Assembly: GCF_001194135.2 (NCBI RefSeq)
Contig: NC_069000.1
Span: 2,546,629-2,610,628 of the forward strand
DNA from: Octopus bimaculoides
Lineage: Eukaryota
Direction of reading: 5' to 3'
Length of the DNA stretch: 64,000 nt
In this document: piece by piece, positions 1-11,939 of the stretch
Numbering within the stretch: the stretch's first letter is position 1
How the letters are laid out: every line of letters begins with the position of its first letter
Translations under genes and position numbers: made by a program
The notes under the pieces: model-generated
What the model was told of the DNA's origin: nothing
Database searches by the model: none
Seen by the model: only the letters and a program-made list of their open reading frames with translations

Positions 1-90
1 CATACAATAGAGATACACTCAGACAAGTACAACACACACACACACACCCACCTGTACATATGGATGCAGAAATACACACACGCATACGCA

Positions 91-127
<37 letters not shown>

Positions 128-1449
128 TCATACACACATGTATAAGTATAAATATTAATACATGTATATTAAAATACACATATATCTATATATATATATA
201 TTTATGAAATGTATACAACGCTCGCTATGTTTAAATGTGCATACCTGTTGCGTTTCCTCAGTGCACGTAAGTAACACACACACACAAATATATATATAAG
301 TATATTAAGTATATGATTTAAGTCATAGAACGAGGTTCGACAAATTCAATCATATTTTTCATAAATGGAGGAGATTAGATGTTAATATGGGGTGAAATAT
401 TCATTCAATTCGCTAGACAATCGTTTCGTACAGAACGACAATAAATTCGTTTTAAGAAACTGAGTTGCCAAAGAGTACTCATCAGTTGCACAATAAGCAA
501 AAAATAAGAACTTAATAAAAAAGGTGGATTTTAGAATTACATGGGCATTGTGTTCTTACTAATTTTGAATGTGTAGTTGTTATAGGAGTCATGTCTATTC
601 AAAACACGGCTAATGGGCAACAGTTAGGCGATGTTATATATAACATAGAAATATAAGTAACGTTCTGTCTATAGCTGAGTGTATTTGAACTAGTTTTAAA
701 CTTCATATAAGAAGTAAGAAGTAAGAAGCAAGTGGGGTTGAAAATCCAAATAAGGATTACTAATCGTTTTGGCTTTTTTATACATCCTCAAAAATGTTTA
801 AGAGACCTCATAAATGGTTAGTACTATATAAACTTCATTTTAGAATGTTTATGTAAATGACATGTCAGAAATATAGAGGGAGATAATTTACAGAAAATAG
901 ATAAAGCAGTAAAAATTACTAGTAACTAGGCGATTAAAACGGCAGTATAAGAAAAGTATAAAACATTATAAGGATGATAAATAAATATATGAACATTAGT
1001 GGGTATATTAATTATAATGTTCGCTGCTAAAACTATACAATATCTATGAAATAGTATATAGAAAAAAATATATCGAAAAGATTAGAGAATAATTTTAGAG
1101 AAAGAAAATATTATCGAAAATTGACTAGTGTAGGGGAGATAATAAACGAGGAAACAGTCTAGCTTATATCTGCTAAGATATTGGAAAAACTAGAAATATT
1201 GATATAATATGTATATGGTCATTGTTACTCACACTTTTTTTTTCTTGTGTCATATATAGTTTTACATGTAAAGGGTTGTGCATGTAGAAACCGGTGCAAC
1301 TAAAGATGCATGTATAAATACCACGATTTTTGTGCAAGTAAAACAAAAATTGTATGCATATATTTGCGTATATACACATATACAATTTATACACTCACAA
1401 TTATGAACAAAAGAGTAAGCAGACATCGAAGCATACGATAATGCATATA

Positions 1450-2000
1450 TACACCCTCTAGAAGACAGTGACAAAGAGATACTTTTATACACTGATCACC
1501 TGTACCCACATAACCACATGTACCTAAAGGCTTTCTATACATATGTCTGAATTTATAGTGGCGAGGTAGATATAAAGATACATTATTATATTACAAAACA
1601 AAAATATTCATTATGGAAAAATATATATAAAAATCATATTTCAAAAATATTTATATCTATCATAAACATTTGAATAAAAAAACACAAATAAAAATAGTTG
1701 TAAAAATACTTATAAATCTAGGTTGCTAAAAAGTATCTATATATAAAATAATTAATTTTAAAAATTATATAAAAAAGATTCTATGAACACTATAGCGGAG
1801 ATCATAATCAAACAGTTAACTATGATTTATTATGTATAATCATATACAGAAATACTTCTGTACATATGGGAAAAGTATCCAACTACACAAGGTGCATTTT
1901 TTTAGATCTGAGAATATATAAAAATAGATATGCACATTTAACAATTGGAATTACAGAAGATTGCTTATGGGCAAAGAATGCATTGATGGGTACATTTACA
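1450..2000 (+). mobile_element. Possible highly decayed Penelope-like (PLE) reverse transcriptase remnant
   Basis: A short frame near 1900-1965 reads FLDLRIYKNRYAHLTIG, resembling the FLD(L/V)xI motif of PLE RTs. The surrounding sequence is A-rich and full of stops. Weak motif-level similarity only. Confidence 0.25.
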
Positions 2001-2018
2001 AGGTTTTAATACGAAATA

Positions 2019-2063
<45 letters not shown>

Positions 2064-3174
2064 AGGTATGCCATAGAGAATCCGACATCAGAGCAAGGGA
2101 CGCAAATGTCGGTAGCGATGTTCGAATCTCCGATTCACTAATCTTTAACACTAGCAGAGACATGTGGAAATGAAATATCATAAACCAATATTCCCAGCAA
2201 GACGGGGCTCCAGCATGATCGCAGTGTCTGGATAAAATTGTTAAAGTATCAAAATTTCCATATTACTATGCAAATAACGTCGCAGTTTAGTAATAAGTAA
2301 TATCAAGATATAAATCTATCTTAGAATCGAGAGAATTTTGGATTCATATTTTTGAAATCATATTAGTTATTTTTCCTTCTTTTATGCCTAATGCAAAAGT
2401 GTAAGAATTCTGAAATAGATTTATTCTTACTATATGTAGCTGACTTGCTAGATTTAAGATGAAAGATTAAAGTCAACGAGACATTCCACTGTCAACAGCA
2501 CCAATGTGCATAACGCGTTTTCCATCTCAATAGAACGCATTATAGGAATATACGTTATATTCAACGAAACGAAAATGCGTAGTAGCCTAATATTCCATTG
2601 GGTGTAGTTTTTTTTTTATTTCCCCCCTCCCTTTTATAGACATGCTGCCATTAATGTCAACTTTATATAGAGCCATATATATGATAGTAGCTTTAAAGAT
2701 AAAAGTGTATCAATACATCATGAATACAAATAAGCCCGTCTCTCTCTTTGAATAAAATACAAATTCCTAACATCAAAGACGCTACATGATGCGGAAAGAG
2801 TCGCTAAAATGATAGGAATAAAAAAGGGCCAATACTAAAACTGCTTCTGTTTTATTTTATATTTATTTCGTTCTCGAGTTTTGCACATAAACGTAGAATA
2901 TGGGAGAGGGGAGAAAAGTGATCTAGCTTCATTGCATTTCGTTTAGAATGCTTGTTAAAGCAGCAGACACTCAAACTTGTAATGTATTCAAGCACATATA
3001 GTTTGCTGAGGTATATAACAGTTTACTGAGATAGCAATTCAACATCTGATGTTTCCTGAAATGATAAGTGATATGGTTGGGAAAATTACAATTCAGGAGA
3101 GAAGGGGACTTTCACGTAAAACGTGTTTTCATATAAAATAAATGAGACTATTTTTCTTTTTTCTCTTTCGTGTC

Positions 3175-3254
<80 letters not shown>
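3175..3254. repeat. (TAT)n microsatellite, about 80 bp
   Basis: Perfect TTA/TAT run; it explains the poly-I, poly-N and poly-Y ORFs at 3123-3490. Confidence 0.98.
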
Positions 3255-4274
3255 TTTATTTTCGTGTTCTTTCCTCTCTTCGTCTTCTGCCGTCTCGTTT
3301 CCTCCTACGTAAGCACCACCAACACAATACGTTGACATCACTCTGTACGCACATGCATATGGCTGTATACATACTCACATTCACTTACGTAGCTATGAAA
3401 AGCACGTGTGAGTGCCTCTGTACATACATAGATACATACAGTTTTTACACAGATACACACACGTATATATGTGTGTATATATACTTATAGTATATATGTG
3501 CACATATGCACATACATGCACACATACAGACAGGTATATGTATATATACAAAAACATAAACCTATATACTGGTAGTTTATATGCATATGGAACCTCCATG
3601 TATAGAGTGAAGAAAGGTACACAATGCATTGGACAGATAATAATTATAATTTGAGTCTTGCTCAAAATGTGAACAAGCCGTACACACATATACATATATA
3701 TATATTTATATATATATATATATATATATACATATGTGTGTGTGTGTGTATACATGAGATGTCAGGGAAAGGAAGGGAATTCAGCGTCAAAGAGAGAATG
3801 CATGAAAGCATGTCTAAAGAAGATAGCTATTCATCAGGTTTTTTTTATCGATTAATTTAGGCTTCGCCCTCTTCTCCCACACGACATCTCTCTCTTCCTC
3901 TCGTTTCCCTTCAGTGCGTTATTCGTTATCGCCTTAACGCATTTGTAACATTGCACAATGAGGCTGAAATACAAAATGTAATTGAAAAACAAAAACAAAA
4001 TAGCATGTATATCATTTAGAATGGCATTTTTTTTTCTGAGACAAAGATTGCATTTGTAATCAAGGTGAGGGTATTTTATATATGACAGTCCAATGAACAG
4101 CTTGGAGCAGACATGAGTGATGGATATATACTTTTCATTCATGCGTCACAAGGAAATTAGTATTTCCTTCGACCTAACCTCTTTAGCAAGAATTGAAAAA
4201 ACTGGAAAATATTTCCGCGACCAGGGCTATATTTGTTGATTATGGATTCCTACTTTGCCTTCTTTTCGTTTACC

Positions 4275-4462
4275 TCTGGCAGTCATTAGACAACGGCCAT
4301 GCTAGAGCACCACCTTGAGGAACTGTTAGTCGAATAAAACGACCCCAGTGCTTGCTTTATTCTTAAAATCTCGCTACTTATTCTCCTGGATACTTTTACT
4401 GAACCGCCAAGTCACGGGGAAGTAAACACACCAACACCGGTTTTCAAGTGGTGGTGAGGAAC
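4275..4462 (-). mobile_element. SINE family B, 3' tail fragment
   Basis: CAGTCATT..ACGGCCATGCTAGAGCACCACC..AGTCGAATAAAACGACCCCAG..GTAAACACACC is the reverse complement of the tail seen at 44800-44985 and 61749-61830. Confidence 0.8.
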
Positions 4463-5113
4463 AAACATAAACACACACAAGCACAAACACCCACTCTCTC
4501 TCTCACACTCATACTCATGCACACACAAACATACACTCATATATATATATGTATACGACGAACTTCTTTCACTTTCCGTCACTCACAATCACTCACATGA
4601 CTCTGATCGCTCTGAGGTTATACCAAAAGATACACAGTGGGACAAACCGCGGAACTATGTGGCTGAGAAGCAAACAACTTAGCACACAGCCATATCTATA
4701 CCAACGCCTACATGCACATTTTTCAATTAGATCATTTAAAAGCTATTTTGAGAATGGTATTAAGGTTAATTTTCTCATTAAGAAATACTCTTTTCTTTAC
4801 CGTCATTCTAGATTGAAATATTTCTATTGGACGCTTTTTTATTAGATCGCTGCTAAGCTTTATACCTAAGGAATAAAAGACCTGCTGTCGTCTCTACCAA
4901 CTACACCACATTGTTTGGATAACCTTTCAACTTGTGTACGTTTAAGGTGCATAGTATAATCTATATCCACTGACAGTTACATGCAGCGGATCCGTTGGAG
5001 GGGCTGTAGTCTCTTCCTGGGGCCAGTTGTGGGATGAACATGTTTTGTTATTTTAAAATATTGTGTAACCAGACTGTTTCTCCCCCTCTACACACATTCG
5101 TCTCTCTTTGTAG

Positions 5114-5144
5114 GATAAAGCGTGCTGCAGTGCAATTTGATTGA
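5114..5144 (+). CDS. Candidate terminal coding exon (..IKRAAVQFD*) of an upstream gene
   Basis: Strong acceptor TCTCTCTTTGTAG|G at 5113, a short open frame to TGA at 5142-5144, and AATAAA at 5271-5276. No homology recognised. Confidence 0.2.
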
Positions 5145-6667
5145 AATGAAGTTGTTATTTCGGGCTCATTTGATTACGATGATGCGATTCCCTATTTCGC
5201 TTGTTGTAACCAATGTTACAATGAAAATGTATAGTGTTGTGAAATTAATTGATCTCATCAATATTCAATTAATAAATATTTGATTTGTTAAAAAAAAATG
5301 CCAAAAGATAGCCACGAACAAAAATACAATACAAACATAGTGCCATGACGATTGCTTAACTCTCGGTCGACCCTGGTCGAGAAGATCCATAATAAAATTC
5401 ACCATAGTCAAACCCATCCAGTATTGTTTCCGATATATATCGCAGATAAACCTATCCAATAAACAGTGCAGCATTTCAAGGAGATTCGTTTGCTATTTCT
5501 AGCGTGATGAATGTATACGCAAATTCTCTATTATTAGCTCATGAAAATACAAGTAATTTTGTAAAACACAAATATTTGAGACAGCAGAACATAAAACAGC
5601 GGAACATAATTTTCTGTGCATTAAAACTGTTGCAAACCAAATACTAAACGAAATAATTTGTTAAATTATTAGTAATACGTTGTGAGTTGTCTTGTATGAG
5701 GTTTATTGTTAAATTTAGTCATGGTATTTATAATTAATAACTGAAACCAATTTAGAAATACTGGAAAAATGCCACGATTTTATAGCATAAACTGATATGT
5801 GTTCGAAATAAACAACACATTTTGAATTTGTTGTTAACAAAACAAATTAAATCAAATAAATAATTAATTTTAATGAATTAGTCTGAAAGAATGGACAATG
5901 TTCATGAATTTTACGGGCCCTCAGAGACTGATAAGCTTGATAACTTTAATGTACTATTTAAGCTGTTACAGGTTAACCCATTTCGGAAAGAAAAACGTAG
6001 GGAGTGAATTAAAGAGAGACGATATTCTTGGTGTAAAGATTGAGAATATTTGAGAATTTCCCTATATTTTATGTACGACTTTGCCTTTAGAACCCAAAGC
6101 TCAGCGTTGGTACTACTATACTTTGTGTTTCTTACCAGTAATCTGGGTTCAAATGTAGCCTTATGAACAAATATTTCTTAAAGATTTACGAACGCGATTG
6201 TAAGAGATCACGTTATAGATAAATGCCTTTAAATTTATATTTATTTTTATAGTTAACAATGTATATTTCATTATGTAACCCTTCATAATATTCTGCTGTG
6301 ATGATAAGTATTTTCCTCGAACTCTGTGTTAAATCTGTTGTTCAATCTTGTAGCCTTGATTCACAAGGAGCAACTATAAACAAGGTTTATGTTCAGAAGT
6401 TCTTCACCTAATGACGTAATGCTATTACATTTAATTTTTAGTATAGATGTGATATTGTCATTTCTCTCTTTGTTGTTTAGTTGGTGTCGTCGAACTGATA
6501 TGATATGATACTCATGCAGACAGATCCTATTCTTTGAAGCACACCACGCTGTTCAATACAGAACCTGTCATAGAGGTTGTTGCTGTGGATATACGTACCT
6601 TCCAAGGACTTATAGCCAAGCCACAGATTTCTTCAAGTGTCCAAATGTTAGTACTAGCATTTGCACT

Positions 6668-6690
6668 GCGAATGCATTGTGGGATATAGT
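6668..6690 (-). promoter_or_regulatory. ZNF143/Staf (SBS)-like motif
   Basis: Minus strand reads ACTATATCCCACAATGCATTCGC, closely matching the ZNF143/Staf consensus TCCCAYAATGCAYY with an upstream ACTA(C/T)A-like half. Confidence 0.35.
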
Positions 6691-6989
6691 TTTATTGACT
6701 GATGATGTATCCGACTTCCATACTTTCTGAAGACTGCTTAAAATTCTTTTTGTCACTCATGCTTTATTCACAGCATGGATGGAGGCAATTTTCTAGTTTA
6801 TTCCGAAATATGTATGACATTCGTCGTTACTGATTGGGAAAATAGGCAGCCTATCCGTATTGCTTGCTTCATTGACAATATTAAGTACGAGCAATTATCC
6901 TGACCACACCTCATTCCTGTGTCACGTGGAAATGTTGCCACAGATTATAACAACATCTTGGTGTCAGATATTAATGACGGCTTAATGTC

Positions 6990-7058
6990 AAATCTAATCG
7001 ACTGGCACCCTTCCCCAAAATTTCGGCCGTTGTGACTAGATTAGAAAAGACAGCACCT
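6990..7058 (+). mobile_element. SINE family A, 3' fragment
   Basis: CTAATCGACTGGCACCCTTCCCCAAAATTTCGGCCGTTGTGACTAGATTAGAAAAG matches the 3' end of full copies at 48143-48578. Confidence 0.8.
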
Positions 7059-7478
7059 TCGAAAGAGTAGGTAAACAACAGCCGAATGTTTTAGCTACAT
7101 TCTGTCCTGTCTCACTCACAAAGTTTACATAGAACTGAAGATGTAGAACATAGCCTTTGCATAACGTGCTGTGCATTGTTATCGAAACCGAAAGAACTTT
7201 CTACCGAAAGACTTGGTAATTCAAACAAATTGTGCTTACACACACACAAACGCACCATACGGCATGTGCGCATAGATATGGACTGCCACGGATACACAAC
7301 TCCCATATATACACACATATGCACACGCGCACAATCGCATACGCACATATGCGCGCGCACACACACACACACACACATATTATTGACAGTTTCGACGAAT
7401 AATAAATTTATAGTCAGCAAAAGTACAGGGTAACCTGTCAGATTAATGTACAACTATATATATATTTTTTATAACTGA

Positions 7479-7521
<43 letters not shown>

Positions 7522-7817
7522 NNNNNNNNNNNNNNNNNNNNNNNNNNNNNNNNNNNNNNNNNNNNNNNNNNNNNNNNNNNNNNNNNNNNNNNNNNNNNNN
7601 NNNNNNNNNNNNNNNNNNNNNNNNNNNNNNNNNNNNNNNNNNNNNNNNNNNNNNNNNNNNNNNNNNNNNNNNNNNNNNNNNNNNNNNNNNNNNNNNNNNN
7701 NNNNNNNNNNNNNNNNNNNNNNNNNNNNNNNNNNNNNNNNNNNNNNNNNNNNNNNNNNNNNNNNNNNNNNNNNNNNNNNNNNNNNNNNNNNNNNNNNNNN
7801 NNNNNNNNNNNNNNNNN

Positions 7818-7852
<35 letters not shown>

Positions 7853-7857
7853 TTCAG

Positions 7858-8255
7858 TGTATGAACCTACATGTGGTGCTCTTTGTAACCTCACTAAAAT
7901 TTTTGTTATGGGTAAGCGACTTGAGTTTGTTTATTCTTTCATCAACCTTGGAATCTCTGTATGAAATGATGGAAATCTGGACACAGAAATATATCTGCGA
8001 ATTCAAAGGGCAGCAAAAACATTTGGTGGCTTGGAGTCACCCGTTTGGCGTCAACGACATGTAAATGGCAATACAAAATTGGCTCTTTACAAATCATTTT
8101 GTCTTACCATCCCTGTTGTATTCTTCTGAAACATGGACATGTTATGAAAGACATTTGCCATTGTTAGAACAATTCCACCAAAAAGGCCTTCATCGCATTT
8201 TAATCATTAAATGGCGTTCTTTTACTCCAAACACAGATGTCTTTGCTCTTGTTTG
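7858..8255 (+). mobile_element. RTE-clade LINE, C-terminal RT region remnant
   Basis: Frames read KIFVMGKRLEFVYSFINLG..DGNLDTEIYLRIQRAAKTFGGL..VWRQRH..TKLALYK and LPSLLYSSETWTCYERHLPLLEQFHQKGLHRILIIKW, typical of the RTE/BovB post-RT domain. Contains stops and frameshifts. Confidence 0.85.
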
Positions 8256-8276
8256 ATTCTTTGGTACGAAGGTGCT

Positions 8277-8322
8277 TCGGGATGATGAGACACACCGATG
8301 TCGAAACAGCGAGCGTTCCGAC
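8277..8322 (+). ncRNA. Degenerate hammerhead-like motif
   Basis: ATGATGA-GAC-acaccgat-GTC-GAAAC: perfect 3-bp stem II and GAAA, but the first core C is an A and stems I and III are imperfect. Confidence 0.3.
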
Positions 8323-9136
8323 CTCCCTTGTACTAATGAGTCTAACGTGTTATGAACATATATCTTTGTACAGGAGAATCTATTTTTCAATGACGAAACA
8401 CAACAGCGATGTTCATATTCGCATTCGAATTAGGCGGAACGAATTACCAAAATAATATGCAAATTATCGATCATATATCTGCGTCAAGAAAGCGGTTGCA
8501 GACACAAATATCTAAAATTGAATTTCCACTAAAAATTGATGCTTAGTGAGAAAAAATAAGCTCAATCTTATGCGTATGAACTACATTTAGTGAGTAACAG
8601 CGACATATATTTCCTCAATAAATTCCATATCTGAGAGAAATAAATAACATCAAATAATACATTTTTTAACAATATGTAATGTATTCTTTCGCCGTAGCGT
8701 GTTTGTCGTTTCCTTTCTTTAACATAGCTTTTGTTTCGTGCTCACCATCTGTATTGTCTCTCCAACGTGTTCATAGAAAGCGCGAAATTTTCAACAAAAT
8801 ATGTGACTTTCTATGATTTTATAGATTAATCTTTCGATATTGTGTTTCTTGATGCAATAATATTTTGTTTATTTCATTTAACGCTGCCCCTCCACTGCAT
8901 ACATACACTCGCCCGCCACTCCGCCTATTTCAACGACAAAGTTAATATTACTTATTCAAAAAAAAAACAAAAAAAACAAACAAACAAAGCAAAACAAATA
9001 AAAAACAGAGCTTTTGATCTAGATATATATTTATTGTTTGTAGAATGGGTAAGATGAAACAAAGGTGATTTTGTAAAAAATATAATATACATAAATATAA
9101 ACATACCATATATAGATAATATGCGGAGTTCTGTGC

Positions 9137-9172
<36 letters not shown>

Positions 9173-9579
9173 NNNNNNNNNNNNNNNNNNNNNNNNNNNN
9201 NNNNNNNNNNNNNNNNNNNNNNNNNNNNNNNNNNNNNNNNNNNNNNNNNNNNNNNNNNNNNNNNNNNNNNNNNNNNNNNNNNNNNNNNNNNNNNNNNNNN
9301 NNNNNNNNNNNNNNNNNNNNNNNNNNNNNNNNNNNNNNNNNNNNNNNNNNNNNNNNNNNNNNNNNNNNNNNNNNNNNNNNNNNNNNNNNNNNNNNNNNNN
9401 NNNNNNNNNNNNNNNNNNNNNTTTGTAAATATCTCTGCTTATATTTCTTGTCTTTTTGTTTTGATTTTTATACTGTTTCTTTCTTCGTTTTACTGTCCAT
9501 ATAAGTTAATAGGTTATATTGCATTATTTTAAAAATATTGAAATTCGATCAACAGGAGCTGTACAGCGACAAGAATATT

Positions 9580-9797
9580 CTATTCTACTCTAGGCACAAG
9601 GACCGATTTTTTTTTCTTTTTTGAGGGAGCTAGTCGATTAGATCGACCCCAATAAGCAACTGGTACTTAATTTATCGACGCCAAGAGGATGAAAGGCAAA
9701 GTCGACCTCGGCGGAATTTTAACTCAGAACGTAAAGACAGACGAAATGCCGCTAAGCATTTTTCCTGGCGTGCTAACGTTTCTTCCAGCTCGCCGAC
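9580..9797 (-). mobile_element. SINE family A, near full length, with target-site duplication
   Basis: Reverse complement has head GGCGAGCTGG, a B-box-like GAGTTAAAATTCC and the central GAGGTCGACTTTGCCTTTCATCC..GTCGATAAATTAAGTACCAG. Flanked by identical CAGCGACAAGAATATT at 9564-9579 and 9801-9816. Confidence 0.92.
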
Positions 9798-9894
9798 TTG
9801 CAGCGACAAGAATATTGCAAGTAGAAGCAAATGTTTTTGTTTTTTCATATTAGTATTAATAGCGCGTCGGACAAAATGCGGTCTCATTTCAAAT

Positions 9895-10800
9895 TATGTC
9901 GACTTCGTGTCTGCTTTTGATCCTTTCGGGAGCGAAAAATACGTACCAGTGGAGCACTGTGGTCGAATGTAATCGACGAACCACGACGCTTAAAATTTAC
10001 TACACCACCTCACAAAATACAGGTATTGTGCCTATTTTAAGAAGGATTATTGTTATTATCAATTCGGCGGCCTCAATTGATTAGTGACATTTCCTATGTT
10101 TTTTACGTTCTGAGTTCAAATTCCTCTGAGTTCGACGCCATCTTTCCTATTTTCGGTGTCGAAAAATAAGTGCACTGGAATTGATGTAATGAAGTAGTCC
10201 CTTACCACACATTTTCAGGCCTTGTGTCTATAGAGGAAATGATTCAAAAGGCGTACAGCTGGCAGAATCGTTATCACATTAGACAAAATATTCAGTGACA
10301 TTTATACTGGTTCAGTACGTTCTGAGCTCATATTCCGCTGCGGTTGACTTCTATTTCATTTTTCGGGGTCGATAAAATCAAGTACCAGTCATGAACTAGG
10401 GTCAATGCAATCGATTAATCCGTGCCTCAAAAATTAAGGCCTTTTGAATGTAGAAAAAAAAGTTTTATTGCTATGAAGGCGAGCTTCCAGAACAATACAA
10501 CGCCGGGCTAAATACCTAGCGGCATATCGTCCGGAGTTTAAATTACGCCGAGATCGACTTTACCGTGCCTCTTTTTGGGGAAAAGATAAATAGCAGTTGG
10601 TGATTGACATCGATATATTCAACTTCCCCCACTCAAAAGAAAAGAGCAAAAAAAAACAAAACAAAAGACTGCTGACTCTGTGCCAAAGCTTGAAACCATT
10701 ATTATGAAGGCATCTATAGATGGCTGTACCGTTAGCACGGCAGACACAATGCGTAGCGTCATTACGTCTGTCTTTATGCTCTGAGTTCAAACTACGGAAA
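9895..10800 (+). mobile_element. Cluster of five + strand SINE family A copies/fragments
   Basis: Recognisable pieces at about 9895-10055, 10085-10247, 10250-10462, 10475-10562 and 10720-10800, carrying TTCTGAGTTCAAA / TTTCGGGGTCGATAAA / AGCTGGCAGAATCG motifs. Confidence 0.8.
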
Positions 10801-10829
10801 TGCTGGCACAAGGCAAGCAATTTCACAGT

Positions 10830-11340
10830 GGGCGGATAAATCGATTACATCGGGCCCAACAAACAACTGGTACTTATTTTATTGATCTTAAAAGAATGAA
10901 AGGAACCNNNNNNNNNNGTCGACAGCGAAAGAAAAAAAAATGGCAAAGCCGACCTCGGCGGAATTTGAAGCCAGAACATAAAATATAACTTTATTTAAGC
11001 ACTCAGGCTCTTAAATTTTTATCGACTTAATTAAATAAATCTCTCCTTTAAATTTGCAATCCTAACCTAGTCATTAATAATTATTATTGTTTTACTGAGT
11101 TCAAAAGCTGTAACTCTCGCCTCTATTTTCCACTCGACCGCAGTTAATAAAATATTGTTACATTCATGTATTGGACAAAAAATAGCAAAGCCTACCTCGG
11201 CGGAATTTGAACTCAGAACGTAAAGAATTACTTTATTTAAGCACTCAGGCTCTTGATCAGAACGTAAAATCTGACGAAATTCAGTGAAGTCTTTTATTCC
11301 GTAGATGTCTTCTGTTCTGTCAGCTCGCCGACTTAGTTCT
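10830..11340 (-). mobile_element. Fragmented minus-strand SINE family A pieces interleaved with a local duplication
   Basis: GCAAAGCCGACCTCGGCGGAATTTGAA occurs at about 10943 and 11185; the head CAGCTCGCC is at about 11321. Confidence 0.75.
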
Positions 11341-11514
11341 AGTCAAGTATTTGCATCGACTTAATTAAATAAATCTCTCCTTTAAATTTGCAATCCTAAC
11401 CTAGTCACATTAATAATTATTATTCTTTTATTGAGTTCAAAAGCTGTAACTCTCGCCTCTATTTTCCACTCGACCGCAGTTAATAAAATATTGTTACATC
11501 CATGTATTGGACAA
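11021..11514. repeat. Local direct duplication of an approximately 158-bp block (11021-11178 and 11355-11514)
   Basis: ATCGACTTAATTAAATAAATCTCTCC...CATGTATTGGACAA is present twice with only a few substitutions and small indels. Confidence 0.95.
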
Positions 11515-11939
11515 GATAGACTCGGCTACAGTACATTCCTGTAGATTTGAAAAGGTTTACCTGAGCTTTCTTTCTGAAATATCTTTGAATCTAAGCGGAA
11601 AATAACTGTTTGTTTATTGCGCATGAACAGATCTGACTTGTTTTCGTTCATTAAAACGAAACAACTTTATGAAGACTTTTTCCACGAGGATTTTTAATCT
11701 ATTATATATCAAGATTGTAATCGTGCATTCAGGTAGGTCAATTTCATTTTAGTATTGCAAAAAAAAAAAAAAAAAAAAAAAGACTCTACTTAATATTTTA
11801 ATTTCTTTCTCTATTTCACTTAATTTTCGCTTTGATATATCGTTCTGAATAAAAAAGGTTTACAATGCGTTCGTAACTTATTTGCTTTATTTGTCAAGAT
11901 ACTACAAGAAAGCAGGCTTGCATTTAAATTTGGGACCAT

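Noticed and set aside
262-266. 5-nt + strand AG|TGCAC|GTAAGT (and AG|AATGG|GTAAGA at 9044-9048)
   Set aside because: Good splice signals but too short to evaluate, and they could not be linked convincingly to other exons.
3852-3963. Strong minus-strand acceptor near 3963 and strong plus-strand acceptor at 3914
   Set aside because: No consistent donor or partner exon on either strand; the peptides are unrecognisable.
6250-6900. Possible very old mariner-like element on the minus strand, including an AAG|GTACGT donor at 6599
   Set aside because: Motif resemblance (SAxVxxH) is too faint and all frames stop; left uncalled.
7858-7911. Apparent 54-nt exon (TTTCAG| ... TGG|GTAAGC)
   Set aside because: The frame continues through the donor as GKRLEFVYSFINLG, so it is part of the RTE LINE remnant and the splice sites are probably fortuitous.
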